A stretch of DNA of 64,000 bases from contig JAHPZE010000020.1 of the NCBI GenBank assembly GCA_019058365.1, positions 13,714 through 77,713 on the forward strand, in the 5' to 3' direction. The notes beneath the pieces were generated by a model. It saw only the letters and a list, made by a program, of their open reading frames with translations. It was not told where the DNA came from and searched no databases. Positions 10,507-20,854 of the stretch are shown here, piece after piece. The translations under genes and the position numbers were made by a program. Position 1 is the stretch's first letter. Every line of letters begins with the position of its first letter. This stretch comes from Promethearchaeota archaeon (lineage in GTDB: Archaea; Asgardarchaeota; Lokiarchaeia; Sigyniarchaeales; SOKP01).

Positions 10507-11967
10507 ATGTCTAAACTAGCAGAATTTGAAGGATTTTTTAATCCGAAATCAGTCGCATTCTACGGTGCTTCTAATATAATGCAAAAATTTGGAAGTATTC
10601 ATCTTACGAATTTATTATCTGCGGGATTTCAAGGTAAGGTGATTCCTATTCATCCAAAAGAGGAAGAAATTTTGGGCTTTAAAGCATATAAAAATATAAA
10701 AGACATTCCCGAGCAAGTAGATTTAGCAGTATTGGCAATTAATCCACAATTAATTAATATTATTCTTGAGGATTGTGGTCAAAAAGGAGTGAAGCACGTT
10801 ATTATCTTATCTGGAGGGTTTCTCGAAGTAGGAAATAAAGAGGCTCAAGATAAAATGAAAAAGATTGCTGAAAAATATGATATTAAAATCATGGGACCTA
10901 ATTGTTCCGGTGAAGTAGTTACCCCTAATGTTAATATAACTCATGTACCATGGCCTCCAAGAAAAGGAGGTGTATCGATTGTCTCACAATCGGGAACGTA
11001 TGCTGTTCAACCATTAATCGCTATCAATTCAAAAATAGGATTAGGGATTTCAAAAATAATTTCTGTCGGTAATGAAGTTAATACCGATCTAGTCGATTAT
11101 TTAGAAGTTTTTGAAGAAGATGACGAAACTACAAGTATAGGAATTTACTTTGAGGCAGTTAGAAGAGGAAAAGAATTTATCGAATTATTAGATAGGATTA
11201 ACCAGAAAAAACCTATAGTAATAATACCAATTGGACAAACAGAAGCAGGAACACGATCAGCAAAATCTCATACAGCAGCAATTACATCTCCTGGTTATGT
11301 TATAGATTCTGTATGTGAACAGACAGGAGTAATAAAAGTTAAAAATAGCATAGATATGTTAAATTTACTTAATGCATTCGATTCACTCCCTCTTCCTAAA
11401 GGAAATCGGGTGGCGATTCTTACAATGGGAGGAGGTCCAGGTACTTTAATGTCAGACCTATTTGAAAATAATGGAATGCAAGTTCCAATGCTAAGTAAAG
11501 AATTACAAATGAAACTGAAACCATGGATGCCGGAAACCGCTTCAACAATAAACCCAATTGATCTAACATATTCAGATGATATGCAAAATTTCTTAAATGT
11601 ATTACCCGAAATTCTATTAAAAAGTGATGAAATTGATTCCCTTATTTTTTATGGCCTTATGGGAACAGAATATTTTAAGCGCTTAGTAAATGTACCAGAT
11701 TTTATGAGAGAACATGAGAGTGTTGTTACCATGAAAAATTTTGGAGATATGATGGAAGATTTTTTTGTAGCTCTTTTTGATGAGATAATTGAATATAAAG
11801 AAAAATATCAAAAACCTATTATATTAACTTGCTATAATACCAGAGAAGAAAAATTTGTAGCCTACTTACAAGATCATGGAATTCCTGTTTATTATCCTGA
11901 AGAAGGAGTATGGACTTTAATAAGAATGTGGCAATATGCTAAATTTTTAAAAACAAAAAATAAATAA
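10507..11967 (+). CDS. acdA: ADP-forming acetate/acyl-CoA synthetase, alpha subunit
   Basis: FFNPKSVAFYGAS, MGPNC, SQSG, SVGNE, phospho-His motif AKSHTAA, NPIDLT. Confidence 0.9.
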   Translation: MSKLAEFEGFFNPKSVAFYGASNIMQKFGSIHLTNLLSAGFQGKVIPIHPKEEEILGFKAYKNIKDIPEQVDLAVLAINPQLINIILEDCGQKGVKHVIILSGGFLEVGNKEAQDKMKKIAEKYDIKIMGPNCSGEVVTPNVNITHVPWPPRKGGVSIVSQSGTYAVQPLIAINSKIGLGISKIISVGNEVNTDLVDYLEVFEEDDETTSIGIYFEAVRRGKEFIELLDRINQKKPIVIIPIGQTEAGTRSAKSHTAAITSPGYVIDSVCEQTGVIKVKNSIDMLNLLNAFDSLPLPKGNRVAILTMGGGPGTLMSDLFENNGMQVPMLSKELQMKLKPWMPETASTINPIDLTYSDDMQNFLNVLPEILLKSDEIDSLIFYGLMGTEYFKRLVNVPDFMREHESVVTMKNFGDMMEDFFVALFDEIIEYKEKYQKPIILTCYNTREEKFVAYLQDHGIPVYYPEEGVWTLIRMWQYAKFLKTKNK

Positions 11968-11996
11968 TTTTTTTTTATGCTTTTTTCTGTATTGTA

Positions 11997-12803
11997 TCAG
12001 TTTAAACCTTTAACTTTCCTAAGCTTACGTGGAGCAGTACGATAAAACTTTACATCAGGATACCCGAGTGTAATTACACCAACTTTTTTACCACGTATCT
12101 TTGCTATTTTCATTATTTTTGGATTGAGTTCCATTGCAATCTGGGTCCAACCATTCCAACATGTTCCTAATCCAAGAGTTTGTGCCGCTAATCTTCCATA
12201 TGTAATAAGATTTGCTATGTTATTAGACTCAAATTCTAAATCCAACGAAGAGTACACTAAAATAACATGAGGTGCATCATAAAAGATTGGCGCATCAAAC
12301 TCCTTTGCGAGATCTGAAAACCTTTGTCCATATGTTTCTTTTAATGAAGAATTTTTAAAAAATTCTTCTTGGACTGCATCAGAAAGCATCTTGATTTCTT
12401 CTGGATTAGAGATAATTCTTATAGATTGGGTCTTCATATTACTAGCAGTAGGGGCATATGACATTGTTGCGACAACTTTTTCTAATAAATCTGTGGGAAC
12501 TTTATCTTTTTTATAATGGCGAATGGATCGATGAGCTTGGACAAACTTTAAAAGATTTTGATAACTTAAAATATTTTCAGGATTATTCACATCTTCAAAA
12601 GTATAGGATTCTCCAATATCTTCATATAAAATAGCATCTTCAGGACATCTAGCAATGCAATGACCGCATAATATACATTGATTCTTAGGATCCTGAAATT
12701 CAATTTTCTCTTTCTCAAATTCCAGAAATAAAGCTCCTCCGCATGCTTTTATACAATTGTGACAAATTATACATGTTTCATAATCAATTCCTAAAATAGG
12801 CAT
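11997..12803 (-). CDS. Nitroreductase family protein with N-terminal 2x[4Fe-4S] domain
   Basis: CIICHNCIKAC, CILCGHCIARCP, HRSIRHY, APTASN, LGLGTCW. Confidence 0.93.
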   Translation of the reverse strand: MPILGIDYETCIICHNCIKACGGALFLEFEKEKIEFQDPKNQCILCGHCIARCPEDAILYEDIGESYTFEDVNNPENILSYQNLLKFVQAHRSIRHYKKDKVPTDLLEKVVATMSYAPTASNMKTQSIRIISNPEEIKMLSDAVQEEFFKNSSLKETYGQRFSDLAKEFDAPIFYDAPHVILVYSSLDLEFESNNIANLITYGRLAAQTLGLGTCWNGWTQIAMELNPKIMKIAKIRGKKVGVITLGYPDVKFYRTAPRKLRKVKGLN

Positions 12804-12974
12804 TATTTTTCCTCATTTTAGCATTTTATATTATAATATATCAAAAATGCATTTTTTATCAAATTATTTGTTTTCATCACAAACTTTCTGTTTTTAAATC
12901 CTAATAATAAATTCTGTAAATAGAACAACTCTATTTTGATATTATATTAAAGAAAGTGAGAATTATAATCAATT

Positions 12975-13112
12975 ATGCTGAAAAAGTGTTCTAATTGTGG
13001 TATGATTCGATCAACAAAAGACTTAGTACTAATGGAAGATGGATTTTACATTTGTTTCTCTTGTTGGAATAATTATAGCCGAGAAAAAAGCAAAGATATC
13101 AAGGAGGAGTGA
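12975..13112 (+). CDS. 45-aa zinc-finger microprotein (not in ORF track)
   Basis: MLKKCSNCGMIRSTKDLVLMEDGFYICFSCWNNYSREKSKDIKEE: two CxxC pairs; GTGAG upstream. Confidence 0.7.
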   Translation: MLKKCSNCGMIRSTKDLVLMEDGFYICFSCWNNYSREKSKDIKEE

Positions 13113-13137
13113 ACAATCTAAAATTCTTAATTATTTC

Positions 13138-13359
13138 CTAATCATAGGAAATAAGAAATGTGTATTTTTCAAGATTAAATTTTTTTATTTTAATTTCATC
13201 TTTTAGTTCTTCTTTTGGAAGAAGAGGTATCTTGATTACTATTTTATAATTATCTAAGTAAAAATTATTATAAAAAACATTCTCAAATTTATCCCAATCA
13301 ATGAATTTTTGTAATGAAATCTGATTGTTTTTTATTGTTGGGAGTAAAGACATAGCCAT
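13138..13359 (-). CDS. Small hypothetical protein
   Basis: 73-aa ORF filling the gap, convergent with the zinc-finger ORF. Confidence 0.55.
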   Translation of the reverse strand: MAMSLLPTIKNNQISLQKFIDWDKFENVFYNNFYLDNYKIVIKIPLLPKEELKDEIKIKKFNLEKYTFLISYD

Positions 13360-13440
13360 TTTTCTAATTTTTACAGATTTTTATTCAATTTTAATTTAAT
13401 TACATAGATTTTATGTGGTTCCTTTTAGAATGCTGAAAAT

Positions 13441-13475
13441 ATTCTGAAATAACAAATGGAGGGTTATTTCTGAAT
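13441..13475. promoter_or_regulatory. 13-9-13 inverted repeat (operator or RNA hairpin) between divergent genes
   Basis: ATTCTGAAATAAC-aaatggagg-GTTATTTCTGAAT, one mismatch. Confidence 0.45.
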
Positions 13476-13738
13476 GATCGCGTAAATTGGCACCATTTAT
13501 TATATAATAAATTGTATATTTAAATGTTTCTTTAATACTAATTAAAATATAATTTATCCCTTAACACTATCTATGAACTTATTATTAATGAGACTTATAT
13601 CTCTATGTGTTCTTTTTAATAAAAATAACTTTTAAACTGCATTTTATAATATGAATGACAAAATAGTATAAATTTAAAAGCATTATCAGATAAGTTTTTT
13701 AAATCTGATTTTATTAAAATTTAAAAGATATCTGAAAG

Positions 13739-15709
13739 TTGAATATGGGAACTGGTTTTTTTGGAAAAGTTTTATGGGTTAATCTTACAGAAGAGAATTT
13801 TAAGGAAGAATTATTAACCGGAGATATTTATCGTCAATATCTTGGAGGATATGGATTAGGTGTAAAACTGATTTATGAAAATATGCCAGCTAATATTGAT
13901 CCATTAAGTGCTAATTCTGTTTTTGGTTTTTTTCCGGGATTATTAACGGGAACCGCAGCACCATTTTCAGGAAGGTATATGGTAGCAGGCAAATCTCCTT
14001 TAACAAGGACTTGGGGGGATTCTAATAGTGGAGGGACATTTGGCCCTGAGATAAAGAGATGTGGATATGATGCAATTATGATTAAAGGTGTTGCTAATAC
14101 ACCTAAATATATTTCGATAATTGAGGATCAAAAGAAAATTTTAGATGCTTCAGAGATTTGGGGTTTAGATATAATCGAAACAGAATCTAAGATGAAGGAA
14201 AAACATGGTAAATTTATTAAGGTTGCAGGAATTGGACAAGCTGGTGAAAAATTGTCCTATCTTTCTGGAATTGCTAATGATAAGGGAAGAATTGCCGCTC
14301 GAGCAGGTTTAGGGGCAATATTGGGCTCTAAAAAATTAAAAGCTCTTGTTTTAAAGGGAAATAAGAAAATTTCAATCCATAATCGAGAAAATTTTTTAGA
14401 ATTAGTGAAAATCTATAATGAAAGTGGAACAAATGGGGAGCCTAATAAATTAATAAGATCAATCCTTCAAAATGTCCCAAGATTAGCTAAAACAATTCGC
14501 AGATTTAGAATAAAGTTTGCCGGGCCTCCAAAAATGATAAGAGAAATTTATAAATCTTTTGGAACTAGTGTTGCAAATACTCTATCAGCAGAAACAAACG
14601 ATTCTCCAATAAAGAACTGGACTGGAATAGGGATGTATGATTTTCCATTTAAAAAATCAAAAAATTTATCTGCAATTGAGATTCAAAAATATAAAATTAG
14701 AGAATATGGATGTTTTAGTTGCCCAGTTCAATGTGGTGGAATTTTAAAAGTTCCAGAAATAAAGCTAGATGAAACATTACTTCCAGAATATGAAACATGT
14801 TGTTCTTTTGGAGCTCTTTTATTAAATCATGATTTATTTTCAATATTCGAGATAAATGATTTATGTAATAGAGCAGCAATAGATACAATATCTACTGGTG
14901 CAACTATTGCGTTTGCGATGGAGTGCTTCGAAAATGGAATTTTAACTGAAGAAGATACTGATGGTTTAAAATTAACTTGGGGTAACTCAAAAGCTATTGT
15001 TGAAATGGTAAAAAAAATAATTAATAGGGAAGGAATTGGAGATGTTTTAGCTGATGGAAGTAGAATAGCTTCAGAAAAAATTGGAAAACAGTCCGCAGAA
15101 TATAGTATCACATCTCTAGGTTCAGAAATCGCAATGCATAATCCAAGAGTGTTTCCTTCCTTAGCATTCACTTATAATTATGATCCCACACCAGGAAGAC
15201 ATACTGCAGCAAGTATTGATTTTGTTGATATAGGTCCTATTAATAAATTTCAGAAAGGTTTTAAACTACCAAAAGGATGGAGAAAGAGTGAGAAAAAAAA
15301 GCAAATAGGACAAATGTTAGATACTTCTATTCATCAGGTTATAAATAGTGCTGGGCTATGTATGTTTTCAACTTTATTTGGTCCCTATCCATTTATCGAT
15401 CTCATTAACAATTTTGCTGGTTGGAATGTATCTGTAGATGAATTGATAAAAATTGGAGTTAGGATTCAAACTCTTCGTCAAGCATTCAATTTACGTGAAG
15501 GTATAGACATTGTGGGCAATAAACTTCCTGGTAGAGTTACTGGCCACCCTCCAGATAAAAGAGGTCCAACAAAAGGTATATCCGTTGAGTATAAAGATTT
15601 CTATAAAGGATATTGCGGTGAAATGGGTTGGAATCCTGAGAATGGATATCCATTAAAAGAAACTCTTAAAGACCTTGATTTGGAATTTGTTATTAAGGAT
15701 TTATATTGA
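13739..15709 (+). CDS. aor: Aldehyde:ferredoxin oxidoreductase (tungsten AOR family)
   Basis: YLGGYGLG, KSPLT, ARAGLGAILGSKKLKA, CFSCPVQC, PEYET, DTISTG. Confidence 0.93.
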   Translation: MNMGTGFFGKVLWVNLTEENFKEELLTGDIYRQYLGGYGLGVKLIYENMPANIDPLSANSVFGFFPGLLTGTAAPFSGRYMVAGKSPLTRTWGDSNSGGTFGPEIKRCGYDAIMIKGVANTPKYISIIEDQKKILDASEIWGLDIIETESKMKEKHGKFIKVAGIGQAGEKLSYLSGIANDKGRIAARAGLGAILGSKKLKALVLKGNKKISIHNRENFLELVKIYNESGTNGEPNKLIRSILQNVPRLAKTIRRFRIKFAGPPKMIREIYKSFGTSVANTLSAETNDSPIKNWTGIGMYDFPFKKSKNLSAIEIQKYKIREYGCFSCPVQCGGILKVPEIKLDETLLPEYETCCSFGALLLNHDLFSIFEINDLCNRAAIDTISTGATIAFAMECFENGILTEEDTDGLKLTWGNSKAIVEMVKKIINREGIGDVLADGSRIASEKIGKQSAEYSITSLGSEIAMHNPRVFPSLAFTYNYDPTPGRHTAASIDFVDIGPINKFQKGFKLPKGWRKSEKKKQIGQMLDTSIHQVINSAGLCMFSTLFGPYPFIDLINNFAGWNVSVDELIKIGVRIQTLRQAFNLREGIDIVGNKLPGRVTGHPPDKRGPTKGISVEYKDFYKGYCGEMGWNPENGYPLKETLKDLDLEFVIKDLY

Positions 15710-15781
15710 AGCTATAATTTTTACAAAGTATAATTATTTAGAATTAATAATTTATAAGTAGAAAGAACAACAATTTTAAAA

Positions 15782-16252
15782 ATGCATAATTCAGCCCAAA
15801 CAGACTTGAAATCCTTCATCCAAAATGATATTATTAAAAATATTAAGAAAGTAAGAGGGAAACATGCCCCAATTTCTGAGATTGTTAATAATGCTCCTAA
15901 AACCTTAATAGTAGAGAAAATTTATGATTTAAGTGAAAATTATAAAAATTTTTTCTTTTTTATTATAAAAAATTATTCTAAAACACCAAAATTAAGGTAT
16001 TTTTTAGCTCTTTCACTGGCACACACTAGTTCTGATTTGTTAGTTCAACTTGCAAAGGAATTTACCGTCAAAAATGACTTGAAATTAATTCAATATTCAA
16101 TCTTTCCAAAGACCTTTAGGATTAAATTATTATTACTAAAAGAAATTGAAAAAGTTGAAGATTATACTAATTTTATTGAAAAATTGAAATCTTTTAGGAG
16201 AGAATTTCGATATAAATTAGAACAAGTAAAGAATTTAGTAGAAAATGAATAA
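15782..16252 (+). CDS. Hypothetical protein
   Basis: 156-aa ORF co-oriented with its neighbours. Confidence 0.65.
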   Translation: MHNSAQTDLKSFIQNDIIKNIKKVRGKHAPISEIVNNAPKTLIVEKIYDLSENYKNFFFFIIKNYSKTPKLRYFLALSLAHTSSDLLVQLAKEFTVKNDLKLIQYSIFPKTFRIKLLLLKEIEKVEDYTNFIEKLKSFRREFRYKLEQVKNLVENE

Positions 16253-16346
16253 TTTTTAAGCTTAAACACAATAATTATATTAATCAATATAACAGTTTTG
16301 ATTTTAGATTCCAAATTAGTTTTAATATAAAGTATGGGTTAAAATA

Positions 16347-17816
16347 ATGTCATTTCGAGAAAATACGGTTAAGATTGTAAGTACTCTTGGTCCAGCTTCA
16401 AGTTCAGAAGAGATGCTTAAAAAATTAATTAAAACTGGAGTTGATATTTTTAGATTAAATTTCTCACACGGAACTCATGAAGAAAAAAAAGAATTATTCG
16501 AAAAAATAAGAGAAATAAGTGAATATACTAAAGATGTAGGAATTTTAGCAGACATTCAAGGACCAAAAATTAGAGTAGGAAAATTCAAAGAAGATCAAGT
16601 TTATAACTTAGGAGTTGGTCAAGAAGTAAAAGTATTTGAAAAAGAAATCGAAGGAGATCAAGAAAAATTTTCAATTCCATTGAAAGGATTTCTTAACTCA
16701 ATGAGTGTGGGTGAAATTTTTTTTGTTAATGATGGAATTATTAAAATTAAAATCATACGGAAAGAAGCTGATCATGTTGTTGGAGAGGTTTTAGCTGGAG
16801 GTTTGATTAGTAATAACAAAGGGGTTAATATCCCAGCTGGAGAATTGTCTCAAAAAGTCCCTACTGAAAAAGATATTAAGGATCTTGAATTCATAGCGAA
16901 GCTTGATCCCGAATATGTTGCGATCTCATTTGTATCGGGAGGAGATGATGTTTTACATGTTAAAAGAATACTTGAAAATTATGGAAATTCCAAAATCAAA
17001 TTAATTTCAAAAATTGAACGACCTATAGCGTTAACCAATTTTGATCAAATCTTAGATTTGAGTGACGGAATCATGGTTGCCAGAGGAGATTTAGGTGTTG
17101 AAATAGATCCGGATAAAGTACCTTTATGGCAAAAGGAAATGATCTATAAATGTAATCGAGAAGGCAAACCTGTTATCGTAGCGACTCAAATGCTTGAATC
17201 AATGGTCTCAAATCCCATACCTACAAGAGCAGAGGCAAATGATGTATATAATGCTGTTATGGATGGAACTGATGCTGTAATGCTTTCAGCAGAAACAGCG
17301 GTAGGAAAATATCCTCTTAATGCTGTTCAATATATGAACCAAATTGCAAAAACAGCGACTGAGAACATGCCTAAAAGAATTCCAGATGAATACGATTCTG
17401 ATAGATTAACTCACACGCAAACTCTAGGACATGCAATATATTCATTAGCCTCAGAAATGGAAGCATTAAATTTTAGAGGTAAAATTTTAGTGATCACAAG
17501 GAGAGGTTATGGAGTAAGAATGATCGCAAAGTATCGACCACCCTTACCCATTATTGCGATAACACCACATAAAAGAACAGCTAGAGAATTAAATTTAGTA
17601 TGGGCTGTCCAAGCAATGCAAATCGATAGTAACGATTTCTTCAATATGGATGCTGAAGAAATCATAGAGCAATCTGTTAAACATGCTGTTGAAAAAAAAT
17701 TTTTAGATGAGAATGAACATGTTATAATTTTATTGGTTTCAAGAAAATTTGAACGAAGAGGAAATCTTGTAGGTCTTTATTATGTAGGGGAAATTCTCGA
17801 ATCTGAATCTAACTAA
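16347..17816 (+). CDS. pyk: Pyruvate kinase
   Basis: TLGPAS, RLNFSHG, DIQGPKIR, MVARGDLGVE, ATQMLESM, PTRAE, VMLSAETA. Confidence 0.98.
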   Translation: MSFRENTVKIVSTLGPASSSEEMLKKLIKTGVDIFRLNFSHGTHEEKKELFEKIREISEYTKDVGILADIQGPKIRVGKFKEDQVYNLGVGQEVKVFEKEIEGDQEKFSIPLKGFLNSMSVGEIFFVNDGIIKIKIIRKEADHVVGEVLAGGLISNNKGVNIPAGELSQKVPTEKDIKDLEFIAKLDPEYVAISFVSGGDDVLHVKRILENYGNSKIKLISKIERPIALTNFDQILDLSDGIMVARGDLGVEIDPDKVPLWQKEMIYKCNREGKPVIVATQMLESMVSNPIPTRAEANDVYNAVMDGTDAVMLSAETAVGKYPLNAVQYMNQIAKTATENMPKRIPDEYDSDRLTHTQTLGHAIYSLASEMEALNFRGKILVITRRGYGVRMIAKYRPPLPIIAITPHKRTARELNLVWAVQAMQIDSNDFFNMDAEEIIEQSVKHAVEKKFLDENEHVIILLVSRKFERRGNLVGLYYVGEILESESN

Positions 17817-17981
17817 AAGATTTTTGACAAATTTTTACAAATTTTCAAATATAAATAAACATATAAAATTTTTCCTAAATTCTATCAATAAAATTCTAAA
17901 TCTTAATAAGTTAAAGAATTTTTTTAACAATTAAAAAATTATAATTTTACTTCTTAAAAGTTAAGGATTGAGGAAAAAAAA

Positions 17982-18413
17982 ATGAGTGAAGAATGGAAAC
18001 ATGCATCTTGGGTATCAACTCTAGGGAAATGGGCTTGGTTAATAGGAATTGTAAGTGGAGTTATCGACATTTTAATAGTTCTTCCTAGTCTAATGCTCCT
18101 AGCATCTTTACCGTATGGTATTGGGATGGCTATAGGATATCCTATTTGGTGGATCATAGCTGGAATATTAGTAATATTAATCTCTTTTGTTATTATTAGG
18201 CCTAAATTCTCAAATAAATGTGCCAATAAAGATTGGGATGGTCTATGTAATTGGGTTATACCACTTGGAAGTATTAAATTCCCATGGATGCTTTTTTGGG
18301 GAATAGTTGTAGAAGTGTTGGGATATGGATGGGGTGGATTTGCAATTATAATACCTGCATTGGTCTTAATATTTGCTGGTCCAAAACCATATGAATGGAA
18401 AGCTGTAAAATAA
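17982..18413 (+). CDS. Hypothetical Trp/Gly-rich membrane protein
   Basis: 143 aa, 3-4 TM, GAGG upstream, T-tract downstream. Confidence 0.75.
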   Translation: MSEEWKHASWVSTLGKWAWLIGIVSGVIDILIVLPSLMLLASLPYGIGMAIGYPIWWIIAGILVILISFVIIRPKFSNKCANKDWDGLCNWVIPLGSIKFPWMLFWGIVVEVLGYGWGGFAIIIPALVLIFAGPKPYEWKAVK

Positions 18414-18535
18414 TCAATGATCTCTTTTTCTATTTTTTTTTATTATCAATAAATCTTGAGACTTTTTTTATATTTATATAAACCTATTTTTTTGATTCAT
18501 AATACTTCACTAAATATTTTAAATTTGAAATAAAG

Positions 18536-18937
18536 ATGTACAATTCATATAAAATATATGATAAGAAAATTTATACAGGTATGAGAGTAGGGGGTTCTCA
18601 CTCTTGGATTTATAATGATGGGAAATGGTTTGAAACTAAAAAAGCCCCTGATAAATGGAATTTTAAATTTGAGAGTCTAAAAACTAGATTAACTCCCGCT
18701 CCTTTGAACACAGGAGCAAGTATTAATACAAAATTTCATTGGTATATAATAGCAGATCAAATTGCAACTAAAATAGATAGTAATTCATACATGACTTCAA
18801 TGAAAGGAGTGAAATTTAAAATTGGACATAAACGACCTTATTGGAAAAGTTTTAGTTATAATTATCCAAATCAACTTTCATACAAAGAAAGAATAATACA
18901 AATTTTAGAAGCAATTCTGACGAATTTAAAAAGTTGA
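18536..18937 (+). CDS. Conserved hypothetical basic, aromatic-rich protein
   Basis: YTGMRVGGSHSW...FHWYIIADQ...KFKIGHKR motif pattern. Confidence 0.7.
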   Translation: MYNSYKIYDKKIYTGMRVGGSHSWIYNDGKWFETKKAPDKWNFKFESLKTRLTPAPLNTGASINTKFHWYIIADQIATKIDSNSYMTSMKGVKFKIGHKRPYWKSFSYNYPNQLSYKERIIQILEAILTNLKS

Positions 18938-19149
18938 AACAATTATTATGTAAAAAATTTATTAAATATTTCGTTTTGAAACAATAGTAATGACTACAAT
19001 AAAATTTAATATAATTGAAATTCCAAATTTTGGTTAAATATTCGATATTGTTAATTAATTACTTATTTTAAAAAAATATTCATATTCCAAATCTTTTGAA
19101 CGTTTAAAACACTTTCTTACTCTTATTTTTCAATAAAATAAAAATTGAT

Positions 19150-19665
19150 TTAAAATTGTTCATAATGAACAATTTCATCAATAGACTTTCTTTCTTTAAC
19201 TTCACCTTTAGGTTTAATTGGATAACCTAGTGGTGTTAATCCCATTACTTTATATTTTTTAGGGATTTTTAATACATTTTTAACCTCATTCTCATTAAAC
19301 CATCCTATCCAACAAGTCGCTAATCCTTCAGTTGCCGCAGCTAAAATTAAATGCTCAAAACAAATTCCAAAGTCTACACCATAATATTTTTCACCACTTT
19401 TATTTATCCCTGACCCATCTGTGGAAATTATACCAATAATAAATACAGGGGCTTCAATAAACTTTGTTTCTTGTCCAATTGCTTTCCAAATAGCTTTAAT
19501 ATTATCTGGTTTTTGTACTATAATATAATGGACGCCTTGTAAGTTTGCCCATGTTGGTGCTAGACGCGCAGCTTCTAAAATCCTTTCGAGTTTTTCTTTT
19601 TCAGGCATTTCTGGTTTATATGCTCTATAACTTCTTCTCTTTTTTACTACATCGTAAAAATCCAT
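19150..19665 (-). CDS. Nitroreductase family protein
   Basis: RRSYRAY, ARLAPTWANLQ, EGLATCWIG, LGYP. Confidence 0.93.
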   Translation of the reverse strand: MDFYDVVKKRRSYRAYKPEMPEKEKLERILEAARLAPTWANLQGVHYIIVQKPDNIKAIWKAIGQETKFIEAPVFIIGIISTDGSGINKSGEKYYGVDFGICFEHLILAAATEGLATCWIGWFNENEVKNVLKIPKKYKVMGLTPLGYPIKPKGEVKERKSIDEIVHYEQF

Positions 19666-19777
19666 ATTGTTACTCTCTAAATTATGTATTATTTCATAAT
19701 TTTAATGATAGTAAAATTTTTAATTTTTTCATTATAAAATAAAATTTAATTAAAAATTAGTGATTTCAAAGTTATAA

Positions 19778-20587
19778 TTAATCATCTATCATTCTTTTAT
19801 GTCCATTTGGGCATTCCCCATAAGTACAATCATAAAAACCATCATCAAATTCTTCTCTAGCATTATAATGTTCCCAACAATAGATTCTATCACATTCGGG
19901 ACAGTAAGCATCTAATCCTTCAAATGAATGATGCTTTTTCATAAAATTATGGACCTCTAGTAAGTCCTTTTTTTGTAAAATTCTAAATAAAGTATTTGCG
20001 AGATTAATATTCATTGATCTTTCATGTGTAATTCCTCTATAAACTAACGCTTCACTTTTATCAAATCTTCCATACCCAATTTTAAATTCAACTGCATTCT
20101 TACTGCACACTGAACATGGTAAATGATACTCTAAGTCAGAGACTTTAATAACTCTTTCGGTAGGTTTCAAAATTTTTTTTTCATTTAATAGATTCTGAAA
20201 GACAAACCAAAACGCATCCCAACACTCCTTAAAAGCTTCTTCAGCTTTTTTAATAAGTTTAGATGATTTAACATTTTGGAAAATTTTAAGTTCACTAACG
20301 ATTTTGGATAAAATATTTCTCGCAACATATAAGAAACCCTTTGAATTATCAATATTCTTAAATTCTATTTTTGTGGTTGGTCTTAACATTTCCCACGCAG
20401 AAATAGTATTATAATAAAATTCTTTGACATCTGAAATCCACAAATTTCTATTTAAATCATCTAATTCTTTAAGATTATTTAAATAATCAATGATTTCATC
20501 TTTGCCATCCTCGAGTTTTTGAATATAATTTCGAATATCCCAAATTTTTTCTTCTAATTTATCATTTTCACCATACATTTCATACAT
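19778..20587 (-). CDS. Hypothetical protein: helical N-terminus and Cys/His zinc-binding C-terminus
   Basis: CSVC, YCPECDRIYCWEH, CPNGH. Confidence 0.75.
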   Translation of the reverse strand: MYEMYGENDKLEEKIWDIRNYIQKLEDGKDEIIDYLNNLKELDDLNRNLWISDVKEFYYNTISAWEMLRPTTKIEFKNIDNSKGFLYVARNILSKIVSELKIFQNVKSSKLIKKAEEAFKECWDAFWFVFQNLLNEKKILKPTERVIKVSDLEYHLPCSVCSKNAVEFKIGYGRFDKSEALVYRGITHERSMNINLANTLFRILQKKDLLEVHNFMKKHHSFEGLDAYCPECDRIYCWEHYNAREEFDDGFYDCTYGECPNGHKRMIDD

Positions 20588-20854
20588 ATAATTATGATTG
20601 CTTATTAATTTTTCAATATCAAATTAAAAAAAAAGAAATTAAGATTTCATAATTATACCTTAAACTGAAAATCTTCAGGTTAATTTATAGTCTTTATTTT
20701 ATAAATTAAGAGTAAGAGAATCTTATCTAATCTTTTTATTATTACAAATTCTTTAATAATTTACAAATATAATAGATAAATATTTTGTAGGGATTAAAAT
20801 TATTAGATATTTCTTATTTATTTAAAAACTATTAAAAAAAGGTTTAATTATCAA

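Noticed and set aside
13110-13121. Selenocysteine readthrough of the zinc-finger ORF's TGA
   Set aside because: A TAA follows two codons later and no SECIS-like element is evident.
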